64,000 nt of DNA from contig CM059431.1 in NCBI GenBank assembly GCA_030390025.1, positions 153,266,001 through 153,330,000 of the forward strand, read 5' to 3'. The notes under the pieces were generated by a model, which worked only from the letters and a program-made list of their open reading frames with translations, was not told the origin of the DNA and did no database searches. The stretch's first letter is position 1. Each line of letters starts with the position of its first letter. Shown piece by piece: positions 47,275 to 60,661 of this stretch. Both the position numbers and the translations under genes were made by a program. The DNA is from Squalus acanthias. Taxonomy: Eukaryota.

Positions 47275-48885
47275 CTATGACCACGCACCTCCCTATCTAT
47301 GTAACGTCCTCCAGCCCTACAACACGCCTAGATCCCTGAACACCAATTCTGACCGCTTGCGCCTCCCCAATTTAAAGAATCCACAATTGGTGGCAGTGAC
47401 TTCAGCTGGCTAAGCCCAAAGCTCTGTACATAGATACATAGATACATAGAAGATAGGAGCAGGATTAGGCCATCCGGCCCTTCGAGCCTGCTCCGCCATT
47501 TAATGAGATCATGGCTGATCCTCCAATTCAGTATCCCGTCCCCGCCTTCTCTCCGTAACCCTTAACCCCTTTTGCCTGTAGAAATATATCTAATTCCCTC
47601 TTAAATATATTTAATGAGCTGGCGTACACTGCCCTCTGTGGCAATGAGTTCCACAGGTTCACCACCCTCTGAGTGAAGAAATTCCCCCTCATTTCTGTCC
47701 TAAATGGTTTAGCCCTTATCCTTAAATTATGTCCTCTAGTTCTGTTCTCACCCGCCAAGGGAAACATTCCTTCTGCATCTAGTCTGTCTAGACCTGTCAG
47801 AATTTTATACACTTTTATGAGGTCCCCTCTCAATCTTCTAAACTCCAATGTGTACATCCCTAAACTACATAGTCTCTCCTCATAGGTCAATCCCGCCATT
47901 CCTGGTATCAGCCTGGTGAATCGCCGCTGCACCCCCTCCATGGCAAGAACATCTTTCCTCAGATGAGGCGACCAAAACTGTACACAGTACTCGAGGTGTG
48001 GTCTCACCAGTGCCCTGTACAGCTGCAGCAAGGTATCCCTGTTCCTGTATTCCAACCCTTTTGCTATGAAGGCCAGCATACCGTTTGCCTTCTTGATCGC
48101 CTGTTGCACCTGCATGCTCGCCTTCAGTGACTGGTGTACAAGAACACCCAGGTCTCTCTGTACTTCCCCCTCTCCCAATTTATTGCCATTTAAATAATAA
48201 TTTGCCCTCCCGTTCCTGCACCCAAGGTGGATAACTTCGCACTTGTCCACATTATAGTGCATCTGCCATTTATCCGCCCAATCACCCAGTCTGTCCAAAT
48301 CGCTCTGGAGCTTCCTGGTCTCCTCCTCTGAGCCCACCCCCCCCCTCCTAGTTTAGTGTCGTCTGCAAATTTGGAAATGCTGCATCCGACTCCCTGATCC
48401 AGGTCATTAATGTAAATTGTGAACAGCTGGGGACCCAGGACAGATCCCTGTGGTACCCCACTTGTTACTGCCTGCCATTCAGAAAATGAGCCGTTTATTC
48501 CAACTCTCTGTTTTCTGTCTGACAGCCAGTTCTCTATCCACGTCAATACTTTCCCCTTTATCCCATGAGCTTCAATTTTCCCTGCTAATCTTTTATGTGG
48601 GACCTTATCGAAGGCCTTTTGGAAGTCCAGGTACACCACATCTACTGGCTCTCCCCCATCTATTTTACCAGTTACTCCCTCAAAATTACTCCCTGTAATT
48701 CCCTTCCTAAACCTGGCCACCTCTCCACCTCTCTTTCCTCCTTCTAGACGCTCCTTAAATCCTACCTTTGCCTGTCCAAATATCTCCTTTTGTGGCTCGG
48801 TGTCAAATTTTATTTTATAATGCTACTGTGAAGCACAATGGGACGTTTTATCACATTGAAGGCGCCATATAAATGCAACGTGTTT
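47275..48885 (+). mobile_element. L2-type LINE 3' end split by a CR1 insertion
   Basis: ccagccctacaac...ggtggcagtgacttcagct...aagctctg resumes taattcccttcctaaacc...ggctcggtgtcaaattt...ctgtgaagcac...gggacgtttt...aaggcgccatataaatgcaa. Confidence 0.7.
47429..48687 (-). mobile_element. 5'-truncated CR1 (RT and 3' UTR) with one frameshift
   Basis: ORFs 48190-48720 and 47528-48337; frameshift in a G-run after KFADDTKL; (TATCTATG)n tail; CTGTA on both flanks is a possible target duplication. Confidence 0.92.
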
Positions 48886-50217
48886 TTGTAGTGGTAAACT
48901 GAAGTGTCTGTCTTAGTACTATTAAAGAAAAAACGATTAAAAAAAAGTCCTATAGAGCAGGGCCTCCCAAGATGTTACTTTGTAACGAAGAAGTGATAAA
49001 TTAAGAAGCTCTTTTCCTGAATATTCAATATTAAAAGGATCAAGCAGTATTTTGAGGGAATTTATCCCCTTTCTAAATTGTCGAGACATCGACGTGAGGG
49101 AACACTGGTGAAATCTTGACATGGTTGGATTTTAAAGGCCTGAAGATTTTAAATGGCCTGTTCAGTAAAGATCAGATATTCTAATGGCCTGGAAAGGAAA
49201 GAGTTTGAGGGGAAGGATGGCCGAAGAATGTTGATTTTAACACAGGAAGGATGGAGAATGACAAACGGCATATAGGAAAGCGTACACTGGTGTTATAAGG
49301 GAAAACAGTGGGGAGGGAAGTTCAGACAATACCAATATTGTTCATCTAAGGGGAGGCAGCGAAAATTTCCAGGAGGATGCTATAGATCAGAGAGAGGCAA
49401 CGATCAAACTAAAAACTTTTCTTATTTCGAGTTCTTATTTCGATGGAATATAATGTGGAGTAATGTGAAGTTATCGACTTTGGTAGGAAAAATGAAGAAC
49501 AGATTATTTTTTAAATGTTGAGCGATTGGGAAATGTTGATGTTCAGAGGGACCTGGGTGTCCTTGTACACGAATCACTCCAGTCTGAAAAACAGCCATTT
49601 ACCACAACTCGCTGTTTTCTGTCCTTAAGCCAATTTCTAACCAAGCTGCCACTGACCCACCTATTCCATGAGCCTCAATTTTGTTAACCAGCCTTCTGTG
49701 TGGTAGTACAATTCAGGTAAAAATAGCCAAGGTATTCGGGAGGCCATTTACGATGAGCTACAGATAGCGATTGAAGGACCTCTGAGCGAGGAGTTAAGCA
49801 TGGGATTCGGCAAATTACTGTGTTACAATAACCTGCAATAGAATTTCGCAGAATCGACTCAAAGGGTTTGTAGAATATATTATAAAAGTCTATTTCAGGA
49901 GACCTCTGAACACCCAGATAGGAATCAACGCATTAGGGACGGGACGAGGGACATAAAGCGAGAAATTGTCATCTATTGAAGAGGAGATAACATCGATTAT
50001 AAAATGCAGAAGCTACAATTCGATATGGATACTTCTATCATGTTCAGATATGTCCCCATTTATATCGGCACAGCTCTGACACAGATGTATTTAAGCACGT
50101 GTATAATCTTGAGAAAAAGTTATTAAACAGGGCGAGTAAGCTTGGAAATTTTCAATATCTGGAAGTCACCAGATAACAAAGCTGTTTACCGCAGAAGCAA
50201 CTTTTCAGAGGTCAGCT

Positions 50218-50686
50218 TGTAAATTCCAAGATTTAATCTATCCAGTACTGTGTAAACATTCATAAAGCACAAAGTCCACAGCTGGTTTACTCAAGGAGCT
50301 GGGAGACTTAAACAGGGTGCAGCTCTGTCCTTATACCAAACGGTTGTAGTTTACGTGAAACTTCCTTCTGTGGATCATGTATTAATAATATTTTTATACC
50401 TTTGGTCTTCTCATAGTTAACGTTGACTCGATATCTGAAGTTTGTATTTCAAAACCGGCTACAAATCTTACAGCTAGGTCATGCTAATCTTACGGTTGCC
50501 ATAGAGTCTGCTGTATTGGCATGCCCTGTAGTTATATATTAACTACAGCGTGTGTTATCAGGAGAACATGACCTTCATGTCCTAATTTGATTATGCTTAG
50601 TTTGCTTTAAAAATTAAATCAGGAACAATTAATGACAAAGCTCATGCTCAGTCGTTTCTGAAAACATGAAAACTATTTATATTACA
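50218..50686 (-). mobile_element. Possible solo LTR
   Basis: TGTAA...TTACA ends, ~470 bp, non-coding; no target duplication seen. Confidence 0.3.
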
Positions 50687-50837
50687 TTTTCTGGGAACAG
50701 GATATACTGCGTTTACTGATATTAAGTGGACGGGCCATTCAGGCTGTGGCAGAAGACTGTCACTGATTTCAATGGAAATAAAAATAAAACCGGTAGAGAA
50801 TTAAAACATCTCGCTATCACCCGTTTTATACTTAAAA

Positions 50838-51275
50838 CATTGCATTTATATAGCGCCTTTCACGACCACCAGCCGTTTCAAAGCGCTTTGCAGCCAATGA
50901 AGTATTATTTGGAGTGCAGTCACTGTTGCAATGTAGCCAACCCGGCAGCCAATTCGCGCACAGCAAACTCCCACAAATAGCAATGTGATAATGACAACGT
51001 AATCTGTTTTTGTTATGTTGATTGAGAGATAAATATTGGCCACAATACCGGGGATGACTCCCCTGCTCTTCTTCGAAATAGTGCCAGGGGATCTTTTACG
51101 TCCACCTGAGAGAGCAGACGGGGCCTCGGTTTAATGTTTCATCCGAAGACAGCACCTCCGACGGCGCGACACTCCTTCAGTGCTGCACTGTTGTGTCAGC
51201 CTAGGATTTTGTGCTTAAACCCATGACCTTCTGACTCAGAGGCGACAGTGCTACCCATTCAGCCGCAGCTGACAC
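50838..51275 (-). mobile_element. tRNA/Deu-domain SINE (SacSINE1-like), full length
   Basis: Minus-strand head gtgtcagctgcggctgaatgggtagcact...gaaggtcatgggttt, Deu core ggatgaaacattaaaccgaggccccgtctgctctctcaggtggacgtaaaagatccc, tail gaaaggcgctatataaatgcaa. Confidence 0.9.
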
Positions 51276-51304
51276 TTGTGCACAAGGTCTAGATCTACCC
51301 CCAA

Positions 51305-51950
51305 TGCGTCTCTCTATCTCCCATTCACTCGCTCCTTCTCAATCTTGTTTCTCTCACCTTACCTCTTGCGCTGTCTCTCTTTCCTTTTCTTACTTTCTTT
51401 CTTGTATTCGATTGGCTGCCGTCACTCTTACATTCACTCATGCTGCACACGTCAAATCCTCTCTCTTTCACCTTTCCCCTCCTTCCTCCACATGTGTGTC
51501 TTCTGCCTCTGATCCACTCTCTTTATTCACGTTTCCTTTTGCAAACACGGTTCACCTTTATTCTGCCACAGACCTTCTGTCTGTCTGATGACCGCCAACT
51601 ATTCACACTTTGCTCGTTTCTAGTTCCCTCTCTCTCTCGTTCACATTATACGTTCTTTTTTCCCGTGCTCTCCCTCGCCCTTCCTCACTGTTTCCCTTTT
51701 CTACATCAGGCTCTTGCACTTTCCCATTCCCTCTTTCGTTCATTGATTTGGTCTTCCGACTTGCCCTCTTTCCTCATTTACTTTAATCGCTTTCCTCCTG
51801 TCCGCACTTCCTTTATTTCCTCTTCCCTCCTTTCAATCTCGCCTGTGTCTCTTGTTTAATTTCTCCCAGTCTCTTGTTTCCTCTCTCTCCTTGTCTCTTT
51901 TATGTTCATCTCTTCCTTACTCTCCAGTACACGGCCAACTTCCCTGCTGT
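51305..51950. repeat. CT-rich low-complexity tract
   Basis: Strong pyrimidine bias; the ORFs here are F/L/S-rich artefacts. Confidence 0.85.
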
Positions 51951-52489
51951 CTTTCAATAATACCGTAGGACTTTTGGACATTATCTAAAAAATCAGCCTG
52001 GACCTCATTCTAACAATACATCGGTAAGATGCAGTTCCGGTAGAGTAGCAATCCCTCAGTGTCAGACAAGAATATGTGTTCGGGTCTCTGGAGTGGGCTC
52101 CGAAAACAGCACCATTTGGCTCAGTGGTACCATTGCTGACTCCTAAATGTGAAACATTTAAAAAGGCCATTTATTGGTCAATTTTGATTGTTGTGTTATT
52201 CTTGGAGATCACCACGGCTTCTGTTTCATTGCTAAATGGTGATCAGACTAAACTTCAGGTGTGATAATTGTACCCACTTACAGCAGGAAAGTTTTACTCG
52301 CTCTTTGTACTGCTCGTGGAAGTCAGTCAGCTATTGTCCGTGCCTGTTTTATTTCCCCACAAATAGGGATGTGTAAACACAGTCATCATCTGTGGATGTT
52401 GGATCCATTGGCAGAAGCCGCAGCATTTGCTCCCCTGTCTTTATCTTCAGGAAACAGGCACTAGTGTCAATTTCTGCCAAATCCGTGCT

Positions 52490-53040
52490 CCAGGTACAGG
52501 AAGTCATCAAACAGACTAATGGACCACTGGCCTTTTTATCTACAGAACTAGAATACAAGGGGGCAGACGTTATGCTGCAGCTATACAAAACACTGGTTAG
52601 ACCACACTTGGAGTACTGTGAACATTCCTGGGCAGCATACCTTAGGAAGGCTATATAGGCCTTGGACGGAGACCAGCATAGGTTTACAAGAATGATACAC
52701 GGAATCCAAGGTTTAAATTACGATTACACAACCTAGGGTTGTAATCCGTAGAATTTAGAAGGTTAAGGGGTGGTTTGACTGAAGTTTTCAAGATATTAAT
52801 CGGAACAGATAAGGTAGATAGAGAGTAAGTTAGAAGTTTGAAACTCTCTTCCACAAACGGTAATTGATGCGAGATCAATTGTTAATTTTAAAGCTGAGAT
52901 TGAAAGGTTTTTGTTAATTGAAGGTATATTGCGAAATGGACCAAAGTTGGGTATATGCAGTTAGGTCGCAGATCAGCCATGACCTCATTGAATGGCTGAA
53001 CAGGCTCGAGAGGCTAAATGGACTACTCCTGTTCATATGT
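52490..53040 (+). mobile_element. Decayed CR1 3' fragment
   Basis: QVQEVIKQTNG...LVRPHLEYC; 3' UTR gatcagccatgacctcattgaatgg...aggctcgagagg. Confidence 0.85.
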
Positions 53041-53042
53041 AC

Positions 53043-56000
53043 CGAGAATGTGGGCTGCGATGTGTGATCAGAATGTTGGATATGATTTGTAATCACAACG
53101 TGGAGTCTGGTTTATGATCAGAATGTGGGACGTGATTTGGTGTCAGAATGTAGGCTATGATTTGTGATCAGAATGTGGGCTGTGATTTGTGATCAGAATA
53201 TGGGCTGTGATTTGTGTTTAATATGTGGTTTCTAATTTGGGATCAGAATGTGGGCTGTGATCTGTGATCAGAATGTGGACTATGATTTGTGACCAGAATT
53301 TGGGTTGCTATTTGAGGTCAGAATGCGAACTGTGGTTTGTGATCAGATGTGGCTATGATTTGTCATCAGAATGTGGACTGTGATTTGTGATCAGAATAGG
53401 GACTGTGATTTGTGATCAGAATGTAGACTGTGATTTGTGATCAGAATATGTCCTGTGTATTTGTGTTCAGAATGTGGACTGTGATTTGTGATCAGAATGT
53501 GAACTGTGATTTGTGATCAGATGTGGTCTGTGGTATGTGATCAGAATGTGGAGTGTGATTTTTGATCAGAATTTGGGTTGCAATTTGTGATCAGAATGTG
53601 CACTGTGATCTGTGGTCAAAATGTGGGCTGTGATTTGTGTCCAGAATGTGGGGTGTGATTTTTGATCAGAATTTGGGTTGCAATTTGTGATCGGAATCTG
53701 GACTGTGATCTGTGGTCAAAATGTGAGCTGTGATTTGTGATCAGAATGTGAACTGTCGTCTGTGATCAGAATGTGGACTGTGATTTGTGATCAGATTGTG
53801 GACTGTGATTTGTGAACAGAATAGGTCCTGTCATTTGTGATCAGAATGTGAACTGTTGTTTGTGATCAGAATGTGGACTGTGATTTGTAATCAGATTGTG
53901 GACTGTGATTTGTGCTCAGAATATGTGCTGTGATTTGTAATCAGATTGTGGGCTGTGATTTCTGATCAGAATATGTCCTGTAATTTGTGTTCAGAATTTG
54001 GGTTGCGATTTGTGTACAGAATGTGGGCTTTGATTTGTTATCAGATGTGGGCTGTGATATGTAATTAGAATGTGGACTGCGATTTAAGTTCAGAATGTGG
54101 ACTGTGATTTTTTTTATCAGAATGTGTACGGTGATCTTTGATCAGAATGTGGGCTGCGATTTGAGTTCAGAATGTGGACTGTGATTTTTTTATTAGAATG
54201 TGTACGGTGATCTTTGATCAGAATGTGCACTGTGATTTGTGATCAGAATGTTTGCTGTGATTTGAGTACAGAATGTGGTCTGTGATTTGAGTTCAGAATG
54301 TGGACTGTGATTTGTGATCAGAATGTGGATTGTGATTTTTGATCAGAATGTGAATTGCGATTTGTGATCTATATTTGGAGGCTGACTTTTACAGAATGTG
54401 GGCGGTGATCTGTGATCACAATGTGGGCTGTGATTTGTGGTCAGAATATTGGCTATGATTTATGATCAGAATGTAGACTGTCCTTACTAATCAGAATGTG
54501 ATCTGTGATTTGTGATCAGAATGTAGGATGTGATTTGTAATCTCAATGTGGACTCTGGTTTGTGGTTAGAATGTCGTCTGGATTTGTGATCAGAATGTGG
54601 GCTGTGTTTTGTGATCAGATTTGGGCAGTGATTTGTGATCAGATTTGGGATGTGATTTGTGATCAGATTTGGGTTGTAATTTGTGTTCAGAATGTGGACT
54701 CTGATTTGTGATCAGAATGTGGACTGTGATCTCTAATCAGAATGTGGGCAATGATTTGTGATCAGAATGTTGGCTACGATTTGTGATCAGAATGTCGACT
54801 GTGATCTCTAATCAGAATGTGGGCAATGATTTGTGATCAGAATGTTGGCTACGATTTGTGATCAGAATGTCGACTGTGATCTCTAATCAGAATGTGGGCG
54901 ATGATTTATGATCAGAATGTGGACTGTGATTTGAAATCCCAAAGTGGGCTATGATTTGTGATCAGAATGTGGACTGTGATTTGAAATCCCAAAGTGGGAT
55001 GTGATTTGTTATCAGAATGTTAACTGAGATTTGTGATCAGAATTGGGCTGTGATTTGTGATCATAATGTGGACTGTGATTTGTTATCATAATGTGGACTG
55101 TGATTTGTGATCATAATGACTGCTGTGATCTGTGATCAGAACATGGGCAGTGATTTGTGATCTCAATGTGGACTTTGATTTGTGATCAGATGTGCGCTAT
55201 GATCTGTGATCGGAATGTGGGCTGTTATTTGTGATCAGAATGTGGAATGCGATTTGTGATCAGAATGTTGGCTGTAATTTGTGATCAGAATGGGGTCTGC
55301 GTTTTGTGTTCAGAATGTGGGCTTTGTTTTCTGAACAAAATGTTAACTGTGATTTGCGATCAGAATGCGGGCAGGATTTCTTGATCAGAATGTTGTCTGC
55401 GATTTGTGATCATATTATGGACTGTGATTTGTGATCAGATGTTGGCTATGGTTTGTGATCTGAATGTTGACAGTGATTTGTGATCAGAATGCGGGCTGTG
55501 ATTTGTGCTCAGAATGTTGGATGTGATTTGTGGTCAGAATGTCGGACGTGATTTGTGGTCAGAATGTTGGCTATGATTTGGGTTCAGAATGTGGACTGTG
55601 ATTTGTAATCAGAATATTTGATGTGAATTGTGTTCAGAATGTGGACTGTGATATTTGATCAGAATGTGGAGTGTGATTTGTGATCAGAATGCCGGCTGTG
55701 ATTTGTGATCAGAATGTTTGATGTGCTTTGTAATCTCAATGTATATTCTGATTTGTGGTCAGAATGTGGGACGTGATTTGTGGTCAGAATGTTGGCTATG
55801 ATTTGGGTTCAGAATGTGGACTGTGATTTGTAATCAGAATATTTGATGTGAATTGTGTTCAGAATGTGGACTGTGATATTTGATCAGAATGTGGAGTGTG
55901 ATTTGTGATCAGAATGCCGGCTGTGATTTGTGATCAGAATGTTTGATGTGCTTTGTAATCTCAATGTAGATTCTGATTTGTGGTCAGAATGTGGGACGTG

Positions 56001-57062
56001 ATTTGGGGTCAGAATATTGGCTATGATTTGAGATCTGAATGTGGACTGTGATTATATATTTGTATACGGACTGTGATTTTTGATCAGAACGTTGACTGTG
56101 AATTGTGATCAGAAAGTGGACAGTGATTTGTGATCAGAATTTGGGTTGCGATTTGTGATCAGAATGTGGACTGTGATCTGTGGTCAAAATGTGGGCTGTG
56201 AATTGTCTCCAGAATGTAGGCTGTGATTTTTGAACAGAATGTGAATTGTCGTTTGTGATCAGAACGTGGACTGTGATGTGTGATCAGAATGTGGGCTGTG
56301 ATGTTTGATCAGAACGTGATCAGTGATTTGTGATCAGAATGTGGGCTGTGATTTGTGATCAGAATATGGATTGTGATCAGAAAGAGGACTATGATTTGTG
56401 ATAAGAATTTGGCTTGTGATTTGTGATCAGAATGTGGACTGTGATTTGTGATCAGAATGTGGAATGTGATCAGAAAGTGGACTATGAATTGTGATAAGAA
56501 TTTGGGTTGTGATTTGCAATCAGAATGTGGACTGTGATTTATGATCAGAATATATGCTGTAATTTGTGTTCAGAATGTGGACTGTGATTTCTGATCAGAA
56601 TGTGAACTGTGATCTGTGATCAGAATGTGAACTATGATTTGTGATCAGATGTGGGCTATGGTTTGTGATCAGAATGTGGACTGTGATTTTTGATCAGAAT
56701 GTTGGATGTGTTTTATAATCTCAATGTATAGTCTGATTTGGGGTCAGAATGTTGGCTATGATTGGAGATCAGAATGTGGACTGTGATTTGTGATCAGATT
56801 TGTGCTATAGTTTGTGATCAGAATGTGGACTGTGATATATGATCAGAATGTGGACTATGAGTTGTGATCAGATGTGGGCTATGATTTATGATCTGAAAGT
56901 CGACTGTGGTTAGTTATCAGATTGTGATCAGTGATTTGTGATCAAAATGTGGGATGAGATTTGTAATCTCAATTTAGACTCCGGTTTGTTGTTAGAATAT
57001 GAGCTGTTATTTATGATCAGAAAGTGGGCTGTCATTTGTGATCAGGATGTGGACTGCGATTT
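53043..57062. repeat. 25-bp tandem satellite, consensus GAATGTGGACTGTGATTTGTGATCA (~160 units, runs into the gap)
   Basis: Directly visible periodicity; each unit contains the palindrome TGATCA. Confidence 0.97.
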
Positions 57063-57751
57063 NNNNNNNNNNNNNNNNNNNNNNNNNNNNNNNNNNNNNN
57101 NNNNNNNNNNNNNNNNNNNNNNNNNNNNNNNNNNNNNNNNNNNNNNNNNNNNNNNNNNNNNNNNNNNNNNNNNNNNNNNNNNNNNNNNNNNNNNNNNNNN
57201 NNNNNNNNNNNNNNNNNNNNNNNNNNNNNNNNNNNNNNNNNNNNNNNNNNNNNNNNNNNNNNNNNNNNNNNNNNNNNNNNNNNNNNNNNNNNNNNNNNNN
57301 NNNNNNNNNNNNNNNNNNNNNNNNNNNNNNNNNNNNNNNNNNNNNNNNNNNNNNNNNNNNNNNNNNNNNNNNNNNNNNNNNNNNNNNNNNNNNNNNNNNN
57401 NNNNNNNNNNNNNNNNNNNNNNNNNNNNNNNNNNNNNNNNNNNNNNNNNNNNNNNNNNNNNNNNNNNNNNNNNNNNNNNNNNNNNNNNNNNNNNNNNNNN
57501 NNNNNNNNNNNNNNNNNNNNNNNNNNNNNNNNNNNNNNNNNNNNNNNNNNNNNNNNNNNNNNNNNNNNNNNNNNNNNNNNNNNNNNNNNNNNNNNNNNNN
57601 NNNNNNNNNNNNNNNNNNNNNNNNNNNNNNNNNNNNNNNNNNNNNNNNNNNNNNNNNNNNNNNNNNNNNNNNNNNNNNNNNNNNNNNNNNNNNNNNNNNN
57701 NNNNNNNNNNNNNNNNNNNNNNNNNNNNNNNNNNNNNNNNNNNNNNNNNNN
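57063..57751. other. Assembly gap (689 N)
   Basis: Run of N. Confidence 1.
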
Positions 57752-57909
57752 GGTCCTGATAGAATGATTTTCTCTTTAAATGTGGTCCCTGATCGTGAGA
57801 CTCTCTCTTTAAAATGGGTCCCTAACGGGGACATTCTCTGCTTAAAAGTGGTCACTGATAGAAAGACTCTCTCAATATAAGTGATTCCTGATAGAAAGAC
57901 TCCCTCTTT

Positions 57910-60253
57910 GACTATGAAGGTATGCGAGCGGAATTGAGGAGAGTGGATTGGGAAAATAGATTAAAGGGTAAGACGACACATGATCAGTGGTGTACATTCA
58001 AGGAGTTATTTTACAACTTCCAAAAAAAATATATTCCACTGAAAAGAAAAGGGTGTAAAAGAAAGGACAGTCATCCGTGGCTAAGTAAAGAAATTAAGGA
58101 TAGTATTCGACTAAAAACAAGGGCATATAAGGTAGCGAAATCTAGTGGGAGGAAAGAGGATTGGGAAAACTTTAAAAGGCAGCAAAAAATAACAAAAAGA
58201 TTGATTAAGAAAGGGAAGATAGATTATGAAAGTAAATTAGCAAAAAATATAAAAACAGATAGTAAGAGTTTTTATAGTTATATAAAAAGAAAAAGGGTGG
58301 CTAAAGTAAATGTTGGTCCCTTAGAGGATGAGACCGGGAAATTAATGGTGGGAAATATGGAGATGGCAAAAACACTGAATGAATATTTTGTATCAGTCTT
58401 TACAGTAGAGGACACTAAGAATATCCCAACACTGGACAAACAGGGGGCTATAGGGGGAGAGGAGCTAAACACGATCAAAATCACTAAGGAAGTGGTACTC
58501 GGTAAAATAATGGGACTCAAGGCGGATAAATCACCTGGACCTGATGGCTTACATCCTAGAGTCTTGAAGGAAGTGGCGGTAGGGATTGTAGATGCATTGG
58601 TAATAATTTTTCAAAACTCCCTGGATTCCGCTGAGGTCCCGGCAGACTGGAAAACTGCTAATGTAACACCCTTATTTAAAAAGGGCAGTAGACAGAAGGC
58701 TGGTAACTATAGACCGGTTAGCCTAACATCTGTGGTAGGTAAAATTTTGGTGTCCATTATTAAGGAAACAGTAACAGGACATTTGGATAATCATAATTTA
58801 ATAGGACAAAGTCAGCATGGTTTTACGAAGGGGAAGTCATGTTTGACAAATTTGCTGGAGTTCTTTGAGGAAGTAACATATAGAGTGGATAAAGGGGAAC
58901 CAGTGGACGTAGTGTATTTAGACTTCCAAAAGGCATTTGACAAGGTGCCACACAAAAGATTATTGCTTAAGGTAAAAAATCACGGGATTGGGGGTAATAT
59001 TCTGGCATGGATAGAGGATTGGCTATCCAACAGAAAGCAAAGAGTTGGGATAAATGGTTCATTCTCAGACTGGCAATCAGTAACTAGTGGTGTTCCACAG
59101 GGGTCAGTGCTGGGTCCCCAACTCTTTACAATCTATATTAACGATTTGGAGGAAGGGACCAAGTGTAACATATCAAAATTTGCAGATGATACAAAGATGT
59201 GAGGGAAAGTAGTGAGTGAGGAGGACATAAAAAACCTGCAAGGGGACATAGACAGGCTAAGTAAGTGGGCAGAGATTTGGCAGATGGAATACAACACTGG
59301 AAAGTGTGAGGTGATGCATTTTGGCAGGAAAAATCCTAGAGCAATTTATTATCTTAATGGCAAGAAACTGGAGAGTACTGAAGTGCAAAGGGATCTGGGG
59401 GTCCTGGTGCACGAAACTCAAAAGGTTAGTATGCAGGTGCAGCAAGTGATTAAGAAGGCAAATGGAATGTTGGCTTTCATTGCTAGGGGGATAGAATATA
59501 AAAATAGGGAGGTATTGCTTCAGTTGTACAAGGTATTGGTGAGACCGCACCTGGAATACTGCATACAGTTTTGGTGTCCTTACTTAAGGAAAGACATCCT
59601 TGCTCTCGAGGCAGTGCAAAAAAGGTTCACTCGGTTAATCCCGGGGATGAGGGGGTGGTCATATGAGGAGAGGTTGGGTAGATTGGGACTCTACTCATTG
59701 GAGTTCAGAAGAATGAGAGGCGATCTTATTGAAACATATAAGATTGTGAAGGGGTTGGATCGGGTGGATGCGGGGAGGATGTTCCCGATGACGGGTGAGA
59801 CTAGAACTAGGGGACATAGTCTTAGAATAAGGGGCTGCTCTTTCAAAACTGAGATGAGGAGGAACTACTTCACTCAGAGGGTGGTAGGTCCATGGAATAT
59901 GCTGCCACAAAAAGCTGTAGAAGCTACAACATTAATTAAATTTAAAACAGAAATAGACAGTTTCCTAGAAGTAAAGGGCATTAAGGGTTACGGGGAGCGG
60001 GCAGGAATTTGGACATGAGTCTAGGTTCGGATCGGTCATGGCCCTGTGGGTAGTGGAGCGGGCCCAGGGACCGTGTAGCCTGATTCTGCTCCTATTCCGT
60101 GTGTGCAATTCTGTTAGATGCAGGAGATGGTTCTGTGATAGATAGTAGATTGGCGGTTAGGATCAGATCAGCCATGATCTTATTGAATGGCGGAGCAGGC
60201 TCGAGGGGCCGATTGGCCTACTCCTGCTCCTATTTCTTATGTTCTTATGTTCT
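57910..60253 (+). mobile_element. Young 5'-truncated CR1 (copy C), nearly identical to copy A
   Basis: ORF2 57922-60018 is broken only by TGA at 59200-59202; it has the same doubled 3' UTR and (TTCTTATG)n tail. Confidence 0.96.
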
Positions 60254-60661
60254 TTAAAAATGAACCCTGATGTAGAGACTCCCTCTTTAAAAGGTGTCCC
60301 TGATTGTGAGAATCTCTCTTTAAAAGGTGTCCCTCATAGGAAGATTCTCTTTAAAAAGGGTCTCTGATAGAAAGACTCCCTCTTTAAAATGGGTCCCTGT
60401 TGGTGAGACTGCCTCTTTAATAGGAGTCCCTGATGCTGAAACACACTCTTTAAAAGGGTCCCTGATGGTGAGACACTCTCTATAAATGGGATCCCTTATG
60501 GTGAGCCTCACTCTTTAAAAGGGGTCCCTTTTGGTAAGTCTCTCTTTAAAAAGGCGTCCCTGATAGAATGACTCCCTCTTTAAAAGTGTCTCTGACGATG
60601 AGACTCCCTCTTTAAATGGAATCCCTGAGGTGAAACTCCCTCTTTAAAAGGGTTCCCTGAT

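Noticed and set aside
53043..57062. CRISPR-like array
   Set aside because: Head-to-tail 25-bp units without unique spacers, no cas genes, eukaryotic context.
56938..57880. ORFs of 270-280 aa
   Set aside because: Artefacts of translating through the N gap.
60019..60100. HDV-like ribozyme in the extra CR1 3' UTR segment
   Set aside because: P1- and P2-like pairings can be drawn, but there is no room for P3/L3 or P1.1; the segment is explained as a diverged copy of the terminal hairpin.
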